From NCBI GenBank assembly GCA_040954595.2, contig CM082589.2, forward strand, positions 10,676,894 through 10,740,893: a DNA stretch of 64,000 nt, given 5' to 3'. The position numbers and the translations under genes are program-made. Below, in pieces: positions 51,110 to 64,000 of this stretch. The notes under the pieces are model-generated. The model was not told the origin of the DNA. It searched no databases and worked only from the letters and a program-made list of their open reading frames with translations. Within the stretch, counting starts at the first letter, position 1, and each line of letters starts with the position of its first letter. The DNA is from Balanoglossus misakiensis. Its lineage: Eukaryota; Animalia; Hemichordata.

Positions 51110-54100
51110 TTGGTGGGGTCAACCTTTGCGTCAACATTAACCAGAGCACACAGTAACCAGGCCGTAGTGGACAGTGTTCTGCCCATTAATTTTGAGTGTT
51201 TGGTGGGGTCAACCTTTGCGTCAACATTAACCAGAGCACACAGTAACCAGGCCTTAGTGGACAGTGTTCTGCCCATTAATTTTGAGTGTTTGGTGGGGTC
51301 AACCTTTGCGTCAACATTAACCAGAGCACACAGTAACCAGGCCGTAGTGGACAGTGTTCTGCCCATTAATTTTGAGTGTTTGGTGGGGTCAACCTTTGCG
51401 TCAACATTAACCAGAGCACACAGTAACCAGGCCATAGTGGACAGTGTGCTGCCCATTAATTTTGAGTGTTTGGTGGGGTCAACCTTTGCGTCAACATTAA
51501 CCAGAGCACACAGTAACCAGGCCGTAGTGGACAGTGTTCTGCCCATTAATTTTGAGTGTTTGGTGGGGTCAACCTTTGCGTCAACATTAACCAGAGCACA
51601 CAGTAACCAGGCCATAGTGGACAGTGTTCTGCCCATTAATTTTGAGTGTTTGGTGGGGTCAACCTTTGCGTCAACATTAACCAGAGCACACAGTAACCAG
51701 GCCGTAGTGGACAGTGTTCTGCCCATTAATTTTGAGTGTTTGGTGGGGTCAACCTTTGCGTCAACATTAACCAGAGCACACAGTAACCAGGCCAGAGTGG
51801 CCAGTATCGTGCCCATTAATTTTGAGTGTTTGATGGGGGTCAACCTTTGCGTCAACATTAACCAGAGCACACAGTAACCAGGCCGTAGTGGACAGTGTTC
51901 TGCCCATTAATTTTGAGTGTTTGGTGGGGTCAACCTTTGCGTCAACATTAACCAGAGCACACAGTAACCAGGCCATAGTGGACAGTGTGCTGCCCATTAA
52001 TTTTGAGTGTTTGGTGGGGTCAACCTTTGCGTCAACATTAACCAGAGCACACAGTAACCAGGCCGTAGTGGACAGTGTTCTGCCCATTAATTTTGAGTGT
52101 TTGGTGGGGTCAACCTTTGCGTCAACATTAACCAGAGCACACAGTAACCAGGCCGTAGTGGACAGTGTTCTGCCCATTAATTTTGAGTGTTTGGTGGGGT
52201 CAACCTTTGCGTCAACATTAACCAGAGCACACAGTAACCAGGCCATAGTGGACAGTGTGCTGCCCATTAATTTTGAGTGTTTGGTGGGGTCAACCTTTGC
52301 GTCAACATTAACCAGAGCACACAGTAACCAGGCCGTAGTGGACAGTGTTCTGCCCATTAATTTTGAGTGTTTGGTGGGGTCAACCTTTGCGTCAACATTA
52401 ACCAGAGCACACAGTAACCAGGCCATAGTGGACAGTGTTCTGCCCATTAATTTTGAGTGTTTGGTGGGGTCAACCTTTGCGTCAACATTAACCAGAGCAC
52501 ACAGTAACCAGGCCGTAGTGGACAGTGTTCTGCCCATTAATTTTGAGTGTTTGGTGGGGTCAACCTTTGCGTCAACATTAACCAGAGCACACAGTAACCA
52601 GGCCAGAGTGGCCAGTATCGTGCCCATTAATTTTGAGTGTTTGATGGGGGTCAACCTTTGCGTCAACATTAACCAGAGCACACAGTAACCAGGCCGTAGT
52701 GGACAGTGTTCTGCCCATTAATTTTGAGTGTTTGGTGGGGTCAACCTTTGCGTCAACATTAACCAGAGCACACAGTAACCAGGCCATAGTGGACAGTGTG
52801 CTGCCCATTAATTTTGAGTGTTTGGTGGGGTCAACCTTTGCGTCAACATTAACCAGAGCACACAGTAACCAGGCCGTAGTGGACAGTGTTCTGCCCATTA
52901 ATTTTGAGTGTTTGGTGGGGTCAACCTTTGCGTCAACATTAACCAGAGCACACAGTAACCAGGCCGTAGTGGACAGTGTTCTGCCCATTAATTTTGAGTG
53001 TTTGGTGGGGTCAACCTTTGCGTCAACATTAACCAGAGCACACAGTAACCAGGCCGTAGTGGACAGTGTTCTGCCCATTAATTTTGAGTGTTTGGTGGGG
53101 TCAACCTTTGCGTCAACATTAACTAGGCCAGAGTGGCCAGTATCGTGCCCATTAATTTTGAGTGTTTGGTGGGGTCAACCTTTGCGTCAACATTAACTAG
53201 GCCAGAGTGGCCAGTATCGTGCCCATTAATTTTGAGTGTTTGGTGGGGTCAACCTTTGCGTCAACATTAACTAGGCCAGAGTGGCCAGTATCGTGCCCAT
53301 TAATTTTGAGTGTTTGGTGGGGTCAACCTTTGCGTCAACATTAACTAGGCCAGAGTGGCCAGTATCGTGCCCATTAATTTTGAGTGTTTGGTGGGGTCAA
53401 CCTTTGCGTCAACATTAACTAGGCCAGAGTGGCCAGTATCGTGCCCATTAATTTTGAGTGTTTGGTGGGGTCAACCTTTGCGTCAACATTAACCAGAGCA
53501 CACAGTAACCAGGCCGTAGTGGACAGTGTTCTGCCCATTAATTTTGAGTGTTTGGTGGGGTCAACCTTTGCGTCAACATTAACCAGAGCACACAGTAACC
53601 AGGCCATAGTGGACAGTGTGCTGCCCATTAATTTTGAGTGTTTGGTGGGGTCAACCTTTGCGTCAACATTAACCAGAGCACACAGTAACCAGGCCATAGT
53701 GGACAGTGTTCTGCCCATTAATTTTGAGTGTTTGGTGGGGTCAACCTTTGCGTCAACATTAACCAGAGCACACAGTAACCAGGCCGTAGTGGACAGTGTT
53801 CTGCCCATTAATTTTGAGTGTTTGGTGGGGTCAACCTTTGCGTCAACATTAACCAGAGCACACAGTAACCAGGCCGTAGTGGACAGTGTTCTGCCCATTA
53901 ATTTTGAGTGTTTGGTGGGGTCAACCTTTGCGTCAACATTAACCAGAGCACACAGTAACCAGGCCATAGTGGACAGTGTTCTGCCCATTAATTTTGAGTG
54001 TTTGGTGGGGTCAACCTTTGCGTCAACATTAACCAGAGCACACAGTAACCAGGCCGTAGTGGACAGTGTTCTGCCCATTAATTTTGAGTGTTTGGTGGGG

Positions 54101-56919
54101 TCAACCTTTGCGTCAACATTAACCAGAGCACACAGTAACCAGGCCATAGTGGACAGTGTGCTGCCCATTAATTTTGAGTGTTTGGTGGGGTCAACCTTTG
54201 CGTCAACATTAACCAGAGCACACAGTAACCAGGCCGTAGTGGACAGTGTTCTGCCCATTAATTTTGAGTGTTTGGTGGGGTCAACCTTTGCGTCAACATT
54301 AACCAGAGCACACAGTAACCAGGCCGTAGTGGACAGTGTTCTGCCCATTAATTTTGAGTGTTTGGTGGGGTCAACCTTTGCGTCAACATTAACCAGAGCA
54401 CACAGTAACCAGGCCGTAGTGGACAGTGTTCTGCCCATTAATTTTGAGTGTTTGGTGGGGTCAACCTTTGCGTCAACATTAACCAGAGCACACAGTAACC
54501 AGGCCGTAGTGGACAGTGTTCTGCCCATTAATTTTGAGTGTTTGGTGGGGTCAACCTTTGCGTCAACATTAACCAGAGCACACAGTAACCAGGCCGTAGT
54601 GGACAGTGTTCTGCCCATTAATTTTGAGTGTTTGGTGGGGTCAACCTTTGCGTCAACATTAACCAGAGCACACAGTAACCAGGCCATAGTGGACAGTGTG
54701 CTGCCCATTAATTTTGAGTGTTTGGTGGGGTCAACCTTTGCGTCAACATTAACCAGAGCACACAGTAACCAGGCCGTAGTGGACAGTGTTCTGCCCATTA
54801 ATTTTGAGTGTTTGGTGGGGTCAACCTTTGCGTCAACATTAACCAGAGCACACAGTAACCAGGCCGTAGTGGACAGTGTTCTGCCCATTAATTTTGAGTG
54901 TTTGGTGGGGTCAACCTTTGCGTCAACATTAACCAGAGCACACAGTAACCAGGCCATAGTGGACAGTGTTCTGCCCATTAGTTTTGAGTGTTTGGTGGGG
55001 TCAACCTTTGCGTCAACATTAACCAGAGCACACAGTAACCAGGCCGTAGTGGACAGTGTTCTGCCCATTAATTTTGAGTGTTTGGTGGGGTCAACCTTTG
55101 CGTCAACATTAACCAGAGCACACAGTAACCAGGCCATAGTGGACAGTGTTCTGCCCATTAATTTTGAGTGTTTGGTGGGGTCAACCTTTGCGTCAACATT
55201 AACCAGAGCACACAGTAACCAGGCCGTAGTGGACAGTGTTCTGCCCATTAATTTTGAGTGTTTGGTGGGGTCAACCTTTGCGTCAACATTAACCAGAGCA
55301 CACAGTAACCAGGCCGTAGTGGACAGTGTTCTGCCCATTAATTTTGAGTGTTTGGTGGGGTCAACCTTTGCGTCAACATTAACCAGAGCACACAGTAACC
55401 AGGCCATAGTGGACAGTGTGCTGCCCATTAATTTTGAGTGTTTGGTGGGGTCAACCTTTGCGTCAACATTAACCAGAGCACACAGTAACCAGGCCATAGT
55501 GGACAGTGTTCTGCCCATTAATTTTGAGTGTTTGGTGGGGTCAACCTTTGCGTCAACATTAACCAGAGCACACAGTAACCAGGCCGTAGTGGACAGTGTT
55601 CTGCCCATTAATTTTGAGTGTTTGGTGGGGTCAACCTTTGCGTCAACATTAACCAGAGCACACAGTAACCAGGCCGTAGTGGACAGTGTTCTGCCCATTA
55701 ATTTTGAGTGTTTGGTGGGGTCAACCTTTGCGTCAACATTAACCAGAGCACACAGTAACCAGGCCATAGTGGACAGTGTTCTGCCCATTAATTTTGAGTG
55801 TTTGGTGGGGTCAACCTTTGCGTCAACATTAACCAGAGCACACAGTAACCAGGCCGTAGTGGACAGTGTTCTGCCCATTAATTTTGAGTGTTTGGTGGGG
55901 TCAACCTTTGCGTCAACATTAACCAGAGCACACAGTAACCAGGCCGTAGTGGACAGTGTTCTGCCCATTAATTTTGAGTGTTTGGTGGGGTCAACCTTTG
56001 CGTCAACATTAACCAGAGCACACAGTAACCAGGCCGTAGTGGACAGTGTTCTGCCCATTAATTTTGAGTGTTTGGTGGGGTCAACCTTTGCGTCAACATT
56101 AACCAGAGCACACAGTAACCAGGCCATAGTGGACAGTGTGCTGCCCATTAATTTTGAGTGTTTGGTGGGGTCAACCTTTGCGTCAACATTAACCAGAGCA
56201 CACAGTAACCAGGCCATAGTGGACAGTGTTCTGCCCATTAATTTTGAGTGTTTGGTGGGGTCAACCTTTGCGTCAACATTAACCAGAGCACACAGTAACC
56301 AGGCCGTAGTGGACAGTGTTCTGCCCATTAATTTTGAGTGTTTGGTGGGGTCAACCTTTGCGTCAACATTAACCAGAGCACACAGTAACCAGGCCGTAGT
56401 GGACAGTGTTCTGCCCATTAATTTTGAGTGTTTGGTGGGGTCAACCTTTGCGTCAACATTAACCAGAGCACACAGTAACCAGGCCATAGTGGACAGTGTT
56501 CTGCCCATTAATTTTGAGTGTTTGGTGGGGTCAACCTTTGCGTCAACATTAACCAGAGCACACAGTAACCAGGCCGTAGTGGACAGTGTTCTGCCCATTA
56601 ATTTTGAGTGTTTGGTGGGGTCAACCTTTGCGTCAACATTAACCAGAGCACACAGTAACCAGGCCATAGTGGACAGTGTGCTGCCCATTAATTTTGAGTG
56701 TTTGGTGGGGTCAACCTTTGCGTCAACATTAACCAGAGCACAGAGTAACCAGGCCATAGTGGACAGTGTTCTGCCCATTAATTTTGAGTGTTTGGTGGGG
56801 TCAACCTTTGCGTCAACATTAATCAGAGCACACAGTAACCAGGCCGTAGTGGACAGTGTTCTGCCCATTAATTTTGAGTGTTTGGTGGGGTCAACCTTTG
56901 CGTCAACATTAACCAGAGC

Positions 56920-57751
56920 CACGGTTACTAGAAGAAGACGGTTAGGAAACTATTTTTTCTCCATTGTTAGATGCTCGCCTCGGTAAACACTTAGTGTAAA
57001 CGAAAGATATCAGGTGCTAACGAGCCTGGCCGTACGAATAATGACGTCATTCCCCCACAATCCAAAGCAAACCATACTCGTGTTTACGGAATTGCTTGCA
57101 CGCACAGTACGTAGACCACCAGAATTGAAGAAAACAGAACAGAGGATGGATAATTTATAAAGTCACAACACATTTATGACAATTTTGAACTTTCAAGGAC
57201 ATGATGAAGCCATACATTCTTTGTCTTGACTGTGCCCTAGAGATTCGATGCGAACCAAAACAAACAAGATGGCCGCCAAAGGCTATATCGATAATGTTAA
57301 ATTAACGACTGTATCGAAATGGGTATGCAATGAATCTCAACGAAATATTCCAATTGGAATAAACGAAATAGCCCATGCAATACAAAAAGGTGTAAAATAT
57401 CTAAATATATTTAAAAAAAACAGAAATGCGACCATCAGGGTTGAATTCTAGGGGTTCAAAATTCGACGCTATTTGAATCCGGATTTTAAGTTAACCACCC
57501 AAGAAACAATGGTAGAGTGTCGCAAGCCCAACAGACTATGACCGTGCACTCCATAAGCCTATATGGAATTCGTACAAAAAAAAAGTGGCGCTGTACTCTG
57601 ACGAAAAAGGGCAGATGAAGGGGTTCAAAAATTAGCTACGTTCCCCAATACAACCCCACATAGCGGTTCGGACATGGACTCTCCTAGCTAACACCTCGTT
57701 CACACCTTCCGAATAATAGAGTTTCCTAACCGTCTTCTTCTAGTAACCGTG
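56920..57751. mobile_element. Non-autonomous P-element-like DNA transposon
   Basis: Perfect 32-bp TIR cacggttactagaagaagacggttaggaaact, 7-bp TSD ccagagc, CAnRG terminus. Confidence 0.8.
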
Positions 57752-60700
57752 CCAGAGCACACAGTAACCAGGCCATAGTGGACAGTGTTCTGCCCATTAA
57801 TTTTGAGTGTTTGGTGGGGTCAACATTTGCGTCAACATTAACCAGAGCACACAGTAACCAGGCCGTAGTGGACAGTGTTCTGCCCATTAATTTTGAGTGT
57901 TTGGTGGGGTCAACCTTTGCGTCAACATTAACTAGGCCAGAGTGGCCAGTATCGTGCCCATTAATTTTGAGTGTTTGGTGGGGTCAACCTTTGCGTCAAC
58001 ATTAACTAGGCCAGAGTGGCCAGTATCATGCCCATTAATTTTGAGTGTTTGGTGGGGTCAACCTTTGCGTCAACATTAACTAGGCCAGAGTGGCCAGTAT
58101 CCTGCCCATTAATTTTGAGTGTTTGGTGGGGTCAACCTTTGCATCAACATTAACCAGGCCAGAGTGGCCAGTGTCGTGCCCATTAATTTTGAGTTTTTGG
58201 TGGGGTCAACCTTGGCATCAACATTAACTAGGCCAGAGTGGCCAGTATCGTGCCCATTAATTTTGAGTGTTTGGTGGGGTCAACCTTTGCGTCAACATTA
58301 ACTAGGCCAGAGTGGCCAGTATCGTGCCCATTAATTTTGAGTGTTTGGTGGGGGTCAACCTTTGCGTCAACATTAACCAGAGCACACAGTAACCAGGCCG
58401 TAGTGGACAGTGTTCTGCCCATTAATTTTGAGTGTTTGGTGGGGTCAACCTTTGCGTCAACATTAACTAGGCCAGAGTGGCCAGTATCGTGCCCATTAAT
58501 TTTGTGTGTTTGGTGGGGTCAACCTTTGCGTCAACATTAACTAGGCCAGAGTGGCCAGTATCATGCCCATTAATTTTGAGTGTTTGGTGGGGTCAACCTT
58601 TGCGTCAACATTAACTAGGCCAGAGTGGCCAGTATCCTGCCCATTAATTTTGAGTGTTTGGTGGGGTCAACCTTTGCATCAACATTAACCAGGCCAGAGT
58701 GGCCAGTGTCATGCCCATTAATTTTGAGTTTTTGGTGGGGTCAACCTTGGCATCAACATTAACTAGGCCAGAGTGGCCAGTATCGTGCCCATTAATTTTG
58801 AGTGTTTGGTGGGGTCAACCTTTGCGTCAACATTAACTAGGCCAGAGTGGCCAGTATCGTGCCCATTAATTTTGAGTGTTTGGTGGGGGTCAACCTTTGC
58901 GTCAACATTAACCAGAGCACACAGTAACCAGGCCGTAGTGGACAGTGTTCTGCCCATTAATTTTGAGTGTTTGGTGGGGTCAACCTTTGCGTCAACATTA
59001 ACCAGAGCACACAGTAACCAGGCCTTAGTGGACAGTGTGCTGCCCATTAATTTTGAGTGTTTGGTGGGGTCAACCTTTGCGTCAACATTAACCAGAGCAC
59101 ACAGTAACCAGGCCATAGTGGACAGTGTTCTGCCCATTAATTTTGAGTGTTTGGTGGGGTCAACCTTTGCGTCAACATTAACCAGAGCACACAGTAACCA
59201 GGCCGTAGTGGACAGTGTTCTGCCCATTAATTTTGAGTGTTTGGTGGGGTCAACCTTTGCGTCAACATTAACCAGAGCACACAGTAACCAGGACATAGTG
59301 GACAGTATGCTGCCCATTGATTTTGAGTGTTTGGTGGCGTCAACCTTTGCGTCAACATTAACCAGAGCACACAATAACCAGGCCGTAGTGGACAGTGTTC
59401 TGCCCATTAATTTTGAGTGTTTGGTGGGGTCAACCTTTGCGTCAACATTAACCAGAGCACACAGTAACCAGGCCATAGTGGACAGTGTTCTGCCCATTAA
59501 TTTTGAGTGTTTGGTGGGGTCAACCTTTGCGTCAACATTAACCAGAGCACACAGTAACCAGGCCGTAGTGGACAGTGTGCTGCCCATTAATTTTGAGTGT
59601 TTGGTGGGGTCAACCTTTGCGTCAACATTAACTAGGCCAGAGTGGCCAGTATCGTGCCCATTAATTTTGAGTGTTTGGTGGGGGTCAACCTTTGCGTCAA
59701 CATTAACTAGGCCAGAGTGGCCAGTATCCTGCCCATTAATTTTGAGTGTTTGGTGGGGTCAACCTTTGCATCAACATTAACCAGAGCACACAGTAACCAG
59801 GCCATAGTGGACAGTGTTCTGCCCATTAATTTTGAGTGTTTGGTGGGGTCAACCTTTGCATCAACATTAACCAGAGCACACAGTAACAAGGCCGTAGTGG
59901 ACAGTGTGCTGCCCATTAATTTTGAGTGTTTGGTGGGGTCAACCTTTGCGTCAACATTAACCAGAGCACACAGTAACCAGGCCATAGTGGACAGTATGCT
60001 GCCCATTGATTTTGAGTGTTTGGTGGGGTCAACCTTTGCGTCAACATTAACTAGGCCAGAGTGGCCAGTATCGTGCCCATTAATTTTGAGTGTTTGGTGG
60101 GGGTCAACCTTTGCGTCAACATTAACCAGAGCACACAGTAACCAGGCCGTAGTGGACAGTGTTCTGCCCATTAATTTTGAGTGTTTGGTGGGGTCAACCT
60201 TTGCGTCAACATTAACCAGAGCACACAGTAACCAGGCCTTAGTGGACAGTGTGCTGCCCATTAATTTTGAGTGTTTGGTGGGGTCAACCTTTGCGTCAAC
60301 ATTAACCAGAGCACACAGTAACCAGGCCATAGTGGACAGTGTTCTGCCCATTAATTTTGAGTGTTTGGTGGGGTCAACCTTTGCGTCAACATTAACCAGA
60401 GCACACAGTAACCAGGCCGTAGTGGACAGTGTTCTGCCCATTAATTTTGAGTGTTTGGTGGGGTCAACCTTTGCGTCAACATTAACCAGAGCACACAGTA
60501 ACCAGGCCGTAGTGGACAGTGTTCTGCCCATTAATTTTGAGTGTTTGGTGGGGTCAACCTTTGCGTCAACATTAACCAGAGCACACAGTAACCAGGCCAT
60601 AGTGGACAGTGTTCTGCCCATTAATTTTGAGTGTTTGGTGGGGTCAACCTTTGCGTCAACATTAACCAGAGCACACAGTAACCAGGCCGTAGTGGACAGT

Positions 60701-62536
60701 GTTCTGCCCATTAATTTTGAGTGTTTGGTGGGGTCAACCTTTGCGTCAACATTAACCAGAGCACACAGTAACCAGGCCGTAGTGGACAGTGTTCTGCCCA
60801 TTAATTTTGAGTGTTTGGTGGGGTCAACCTTTGCGTCAACATTAACCAGAGCACACAGTAACCAGGCCATAGTGGACAGTATGCTGCCCATTGATTTTGA
60901 GTGTTTGGTGGGGTCAACCTTTGCGTCAACATTAACCAGAGCACACAGTAACCAGGCCATAGTGGACAGTGTTCTGCCCATTAATTTTGAGTGTTTGGTG
61001 GGGTCAACCTTTGCGTCAACATTAACCAGAGCACACAGTAACCAGGCCGTAGTGGACAGTGTGCTGCCCATTAATTTTGAGTGTTTGGTGGGGTCAACCT
61101 TTGCGTCAACATTAACTAGGCCAGAGTGGCCAGTATCGTGCCCATTAATTTTGAGTGTTTGGTGGGGGTCAACCTTTGCGTCAACATTAACTAGGCCAGA
61201 GTGGCCAGTATCCTGCCCATTAATTTTGAGTGTTTGGTGGGGTCAACCTTTGCGTCAACATTAACCAGAGCACACAGTAACCAGGCCGTAGTGGACAGTG
61301 TTCTGCCCATTAATTTTGAGTGTTTGGTGGGGTCAACCTTTGCGTCAACATTAACCAGAGCACACAGTAACCAGGCCATAGTGGACAGTATGCTGCCCAT
61401 TGATTTTGAGTGTTTGGTGGCGTCAACCTTTGCGTCAACATTAACCAGAGCACACAATAACCAGGCCGTAGTGGACAGTGTTCTGCCCATTAATTTTGAG
61501 TGTTTGGTGGGGTCAACCTTTGCGTCAACATTAACCAGAGCACACAGTAACCAGGCCATAGTGGACAGTGTTCTGCCCATTAATTTTGAGTGTTTGGTGG
61601 GGTCAACCTTTGCGTCAACATTAACCAGAGCACACAGTAACCAGGCCGTAGTGGACAGTGTGCTGCCCATTAATTTTGAGTGTTTGGTGGGGTCAACCTT
61701 TGCGTCAACATTAACTAGGCCAGAGTGGCCAGTATCGTGCCCATTAATTTTGAGTGTTTGGTGGGGGTCAACCTTTGCGTCAACATTAACTAGGCCAGAG
61801 TGGCCAGTATCCTGCCCATTAATTTTGAGTGTTTGGTGGGGTCAACCTTTGCATCAACATTAACCAGAGCACACAGTAACCAGGCCATAGTGGACAGTGT
61901 TCTGCCCATTAATTTTGAGTGTTTGGTGGGGTCAACCTTTGCATCAACATTAACCAGAGCACACAGTAACCAGGCCGTAGTGGACAGTGTGCTGCCCATT
62001 AATTTTGAGTGTTTGGTGGGGTCAACCTTTGCGTCAACATTAACCAGAGCACACAGTAACCAGGCCATAGTGGACAGTATGCTGCCCATTGATTTTGAGT
62101 GTTTGGTGGGGTCAACCTTTGCGTCAACATTAACTAGGCCAGAGTGGCCAGTATCGTGCCCATTAATTTTGAGTGTTTGGTGGGGGTCAACCTTTGCGTC
62201 AACATTAACTAGGCCAGAGTGGCCAGTATGCTGCCTATTAATTTTGAGTGTTTGGTGGGGTCAACCTTTGCGTCAACATTAAGCAGGCCAGACAGTAACC
62301 AGGCCAGAGTGGACAGTATCCTGCCTATTAATTTTGAGTGATTTGTGGGTCAATTTGATCAAATACTGCCTACCGCTGGCACTGCATATTTGAAGAAATG
62401 TGAAAAGATGGCAAGACAGGTTTGGTAAATGTGGGCCCCCTAACTGAAGCAAAAGCACAAACTTAAAACAAAGATATGAATTTGGAAGAGTTTTATTTAT
62501 TACATATGAAAAATAATGAAGACTTATGCTTCAAAG

Positions 62537-62604
62537 TAAGTATCGACGGAGTCGAACCGCCAATGCTGCAATGGCATTATACCCATAATACTTTTTTGCT
62601 TTTT
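62537..62604 (-). ncRNA. Candidate mascRNA-like tRNA-like structure preceded by AAAAAGCAAAA
   Basis: AAGUAUU-AUGGGUAU-AAUGC CAUUGCA GCAUU-GGCGG UUCGACU CCGUC-GAUACUU-A: 7-bp acceptor stem, 5-bp hairpin, canonical T-arm, no variable loop. Confidence 0.45.
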
Positions 62605-62769
62605 GCATGAATTTCATTATTTTTCATATGCTGTGCAGCTAAAGTGTGGCTAGATGGCTAACTGCTGATGTAAAATATCTTGCATACCAATTTGGAACAA
62701 TTACCCCAAGTAGTGGTCAAACAGAAACAATGCTTGCATTCAATTTAAAACAAGGTGACAAAAGTGGTT

Positions 62770-62870
62770 GAAATGAAACAATAAGCAAAAACAGTGTTTA
62801 TCAAACTGAAATAATGTGGTCGAAATGAAACAATGAGCAAAAACAGTGTTTATCAAACTGAAATAATGTG
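62770..62870. repeat. 52-bp tandem duplication
   Basis: gaaatgaaacaatRagcaaaaacagtgtttatcaaactgaaataatgtg occurs twice. Confidence 0.85.
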
Positions 62871-63297
62871 CCAAAATAGCTCCTGTTGATATTGCACAAA
62901 ATTAACTGTTGCATTCTACCCTTGAGTTAATTTTTATTTCCAGGCAATTATGTGCTTAATACTAAATATTATCTATGGGTACAAACCATCAGTTTCTTAA
63001 GTGCAAATCGCAAGAAGCTCCCCCATACAATTTTAGTGTTTTTTTAAATCAAGCAAGATAATTACATACTGTGTGATAAACTAACTAACTTTACGCGCCT
63101 GGGGACAGTTAAAAACCTCGAGCCAAATATAAAATGAGGAAAAACTGCCCCCTCCCCCGTTGTGAATTTTAAAAGGTTGGGGCTCAAACTAACCAGAATT
63201 GTCTTGCCGACTCCTATTTTTCTGTGTACATTTTGATGTATTGTTGTTACGCGAGATTGAGGATTCGTGTTGATGCGGGAATTACGATGACGAAAGC

Positions 63298-63495
63298 AAA
63301 AAATCCATCGGCGAATCAAACGGGCACACGGCGAAATTCCATTACACGACGATCCAACTGCGATGAAGAACGCGAACGCGGGTAACGTTGTAAAAAATCC
63401 ATCGGCGAATCAAACGGGCACACGGCGAAATTCCATTACATGACGAGCGACCTGCAATGAAGAACGCGAACGCGGGTAACGCTGCAAAAAATCCG
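63298..63495. repeat. 94-bp CpG-rich tandem repeat, about 2 copies
   Basis: aaaaaatccatcggcgaatcaaacgggcacacggcgaaattccattaca at 63298 and 63392. Confidence 0.85.
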
Positions 63496-64000
63496 CAGAC
63501 AATTATTACACGAATGCATAGCAACAATTATTTTACCCAACCTGACACTAATAAATTACCCAATGATTTTAAATTTCTTATTATTACACCCCAACTAATC
63601 ATTATACCTTTGTAATATTAACACCGTTTATACACATCCCATAATGTTTATACCATCAAGTTAATACCATTTTATTATTATTATACCACCAAAACCATGT
63701 GTTACCCATTTTTTTTATTATTACACCATTGATGTTAACATCTTTATATATTATACCGGTATTTACCCTCTGTACATGTACAGTTTTTATTTACCACGTG
63801 GCATTACTCATGTTTTTATAGTATTTTAATTACTTATCATACCCTTGAAACCATAATATTATACCCTTGCAGACAGTTTTATTATAGTACCCTTGTGCAC
63901 AATGTCTTATTAGTCATCATACACCAACCCTTCACCATTTCATTAGATTATACCATTTTTATTAGCCTAACCTGTTTATACACCAACCCTTCACCATTCC

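Larger units (their letters stand above)
48700..62350. repeat. 90-bp satellite with a 74-bp variant
   Basis: aaccagagcacacagtaaccaggccRtagtggacagtgtKctgcccattaattttgagtgtttggtggggtcaacctttgcgtcaacatt in tandem; the 74-mer starts aactaggccagagtggccagtatcgtg. Confidence 0.98.

Noticed and set aside
53419-56986. 1167-aa and 1185-aa ORFs on opposite strands
   Set aside because: These are artefacts of a 90-bp unit (a multiple of 3) with no stop in those frames; the 74-bp variants break the frames.
48700-62350. CRISPR-like appearance of regular repeats
   Set aside because: There are no unique spacers and no cas genes, and the context is eukaryotic.
62537-62593. Canonical tRNA-Gln(TTG) gene
   Set aside because: There is no proper D-arm or A box, no variable loop, and the anticodon loop lacks U33.

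Overview
AT-rich animal (probably marine invertebrate) genomic DNA made mostly of satellites and transposons around a fragment of one host gene. 1-39494 is a 78-bp A-tract satellite array with three kinds of insertion. (i) Two tandem copies of a 1.5-kb non-autonomous Helentron (HINE). (ii) A head-to-tail dimer of a Ngaro-type tyrosine-recombinase retrotransposon (7697-18693) with split direct repeats. (iii) An apparently intact 16.5-kb autonomous Helentron (22096-38608, minus strand) with the same termini as the HINEs. The Helentron encodes a spliced ~2548-aa protein (herpes-tegument-like cysteine protease, 21-aa repeats, HUH Rep, PIF1 helicase, AP endonuclease) and a 4-exon RPA70-like gene. 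39694-47847 holds ten exons of a CUB/Sushi/EGF gene resembling uninflatable; it has a nonsense codon and a mutated acceptor, and its introns are full of MITEs. 48700-62350 is a 90/74-bp satellite that appears to have grown inside a MITE and carries a CACTA-like and a P-like insertion. At 62538-62604 (minus) a 56-nt mascRNA-like fold sits directly after AAAAAGCAAAA, as at the MALAT1 3' end. All calls are by eye; no searches were run.
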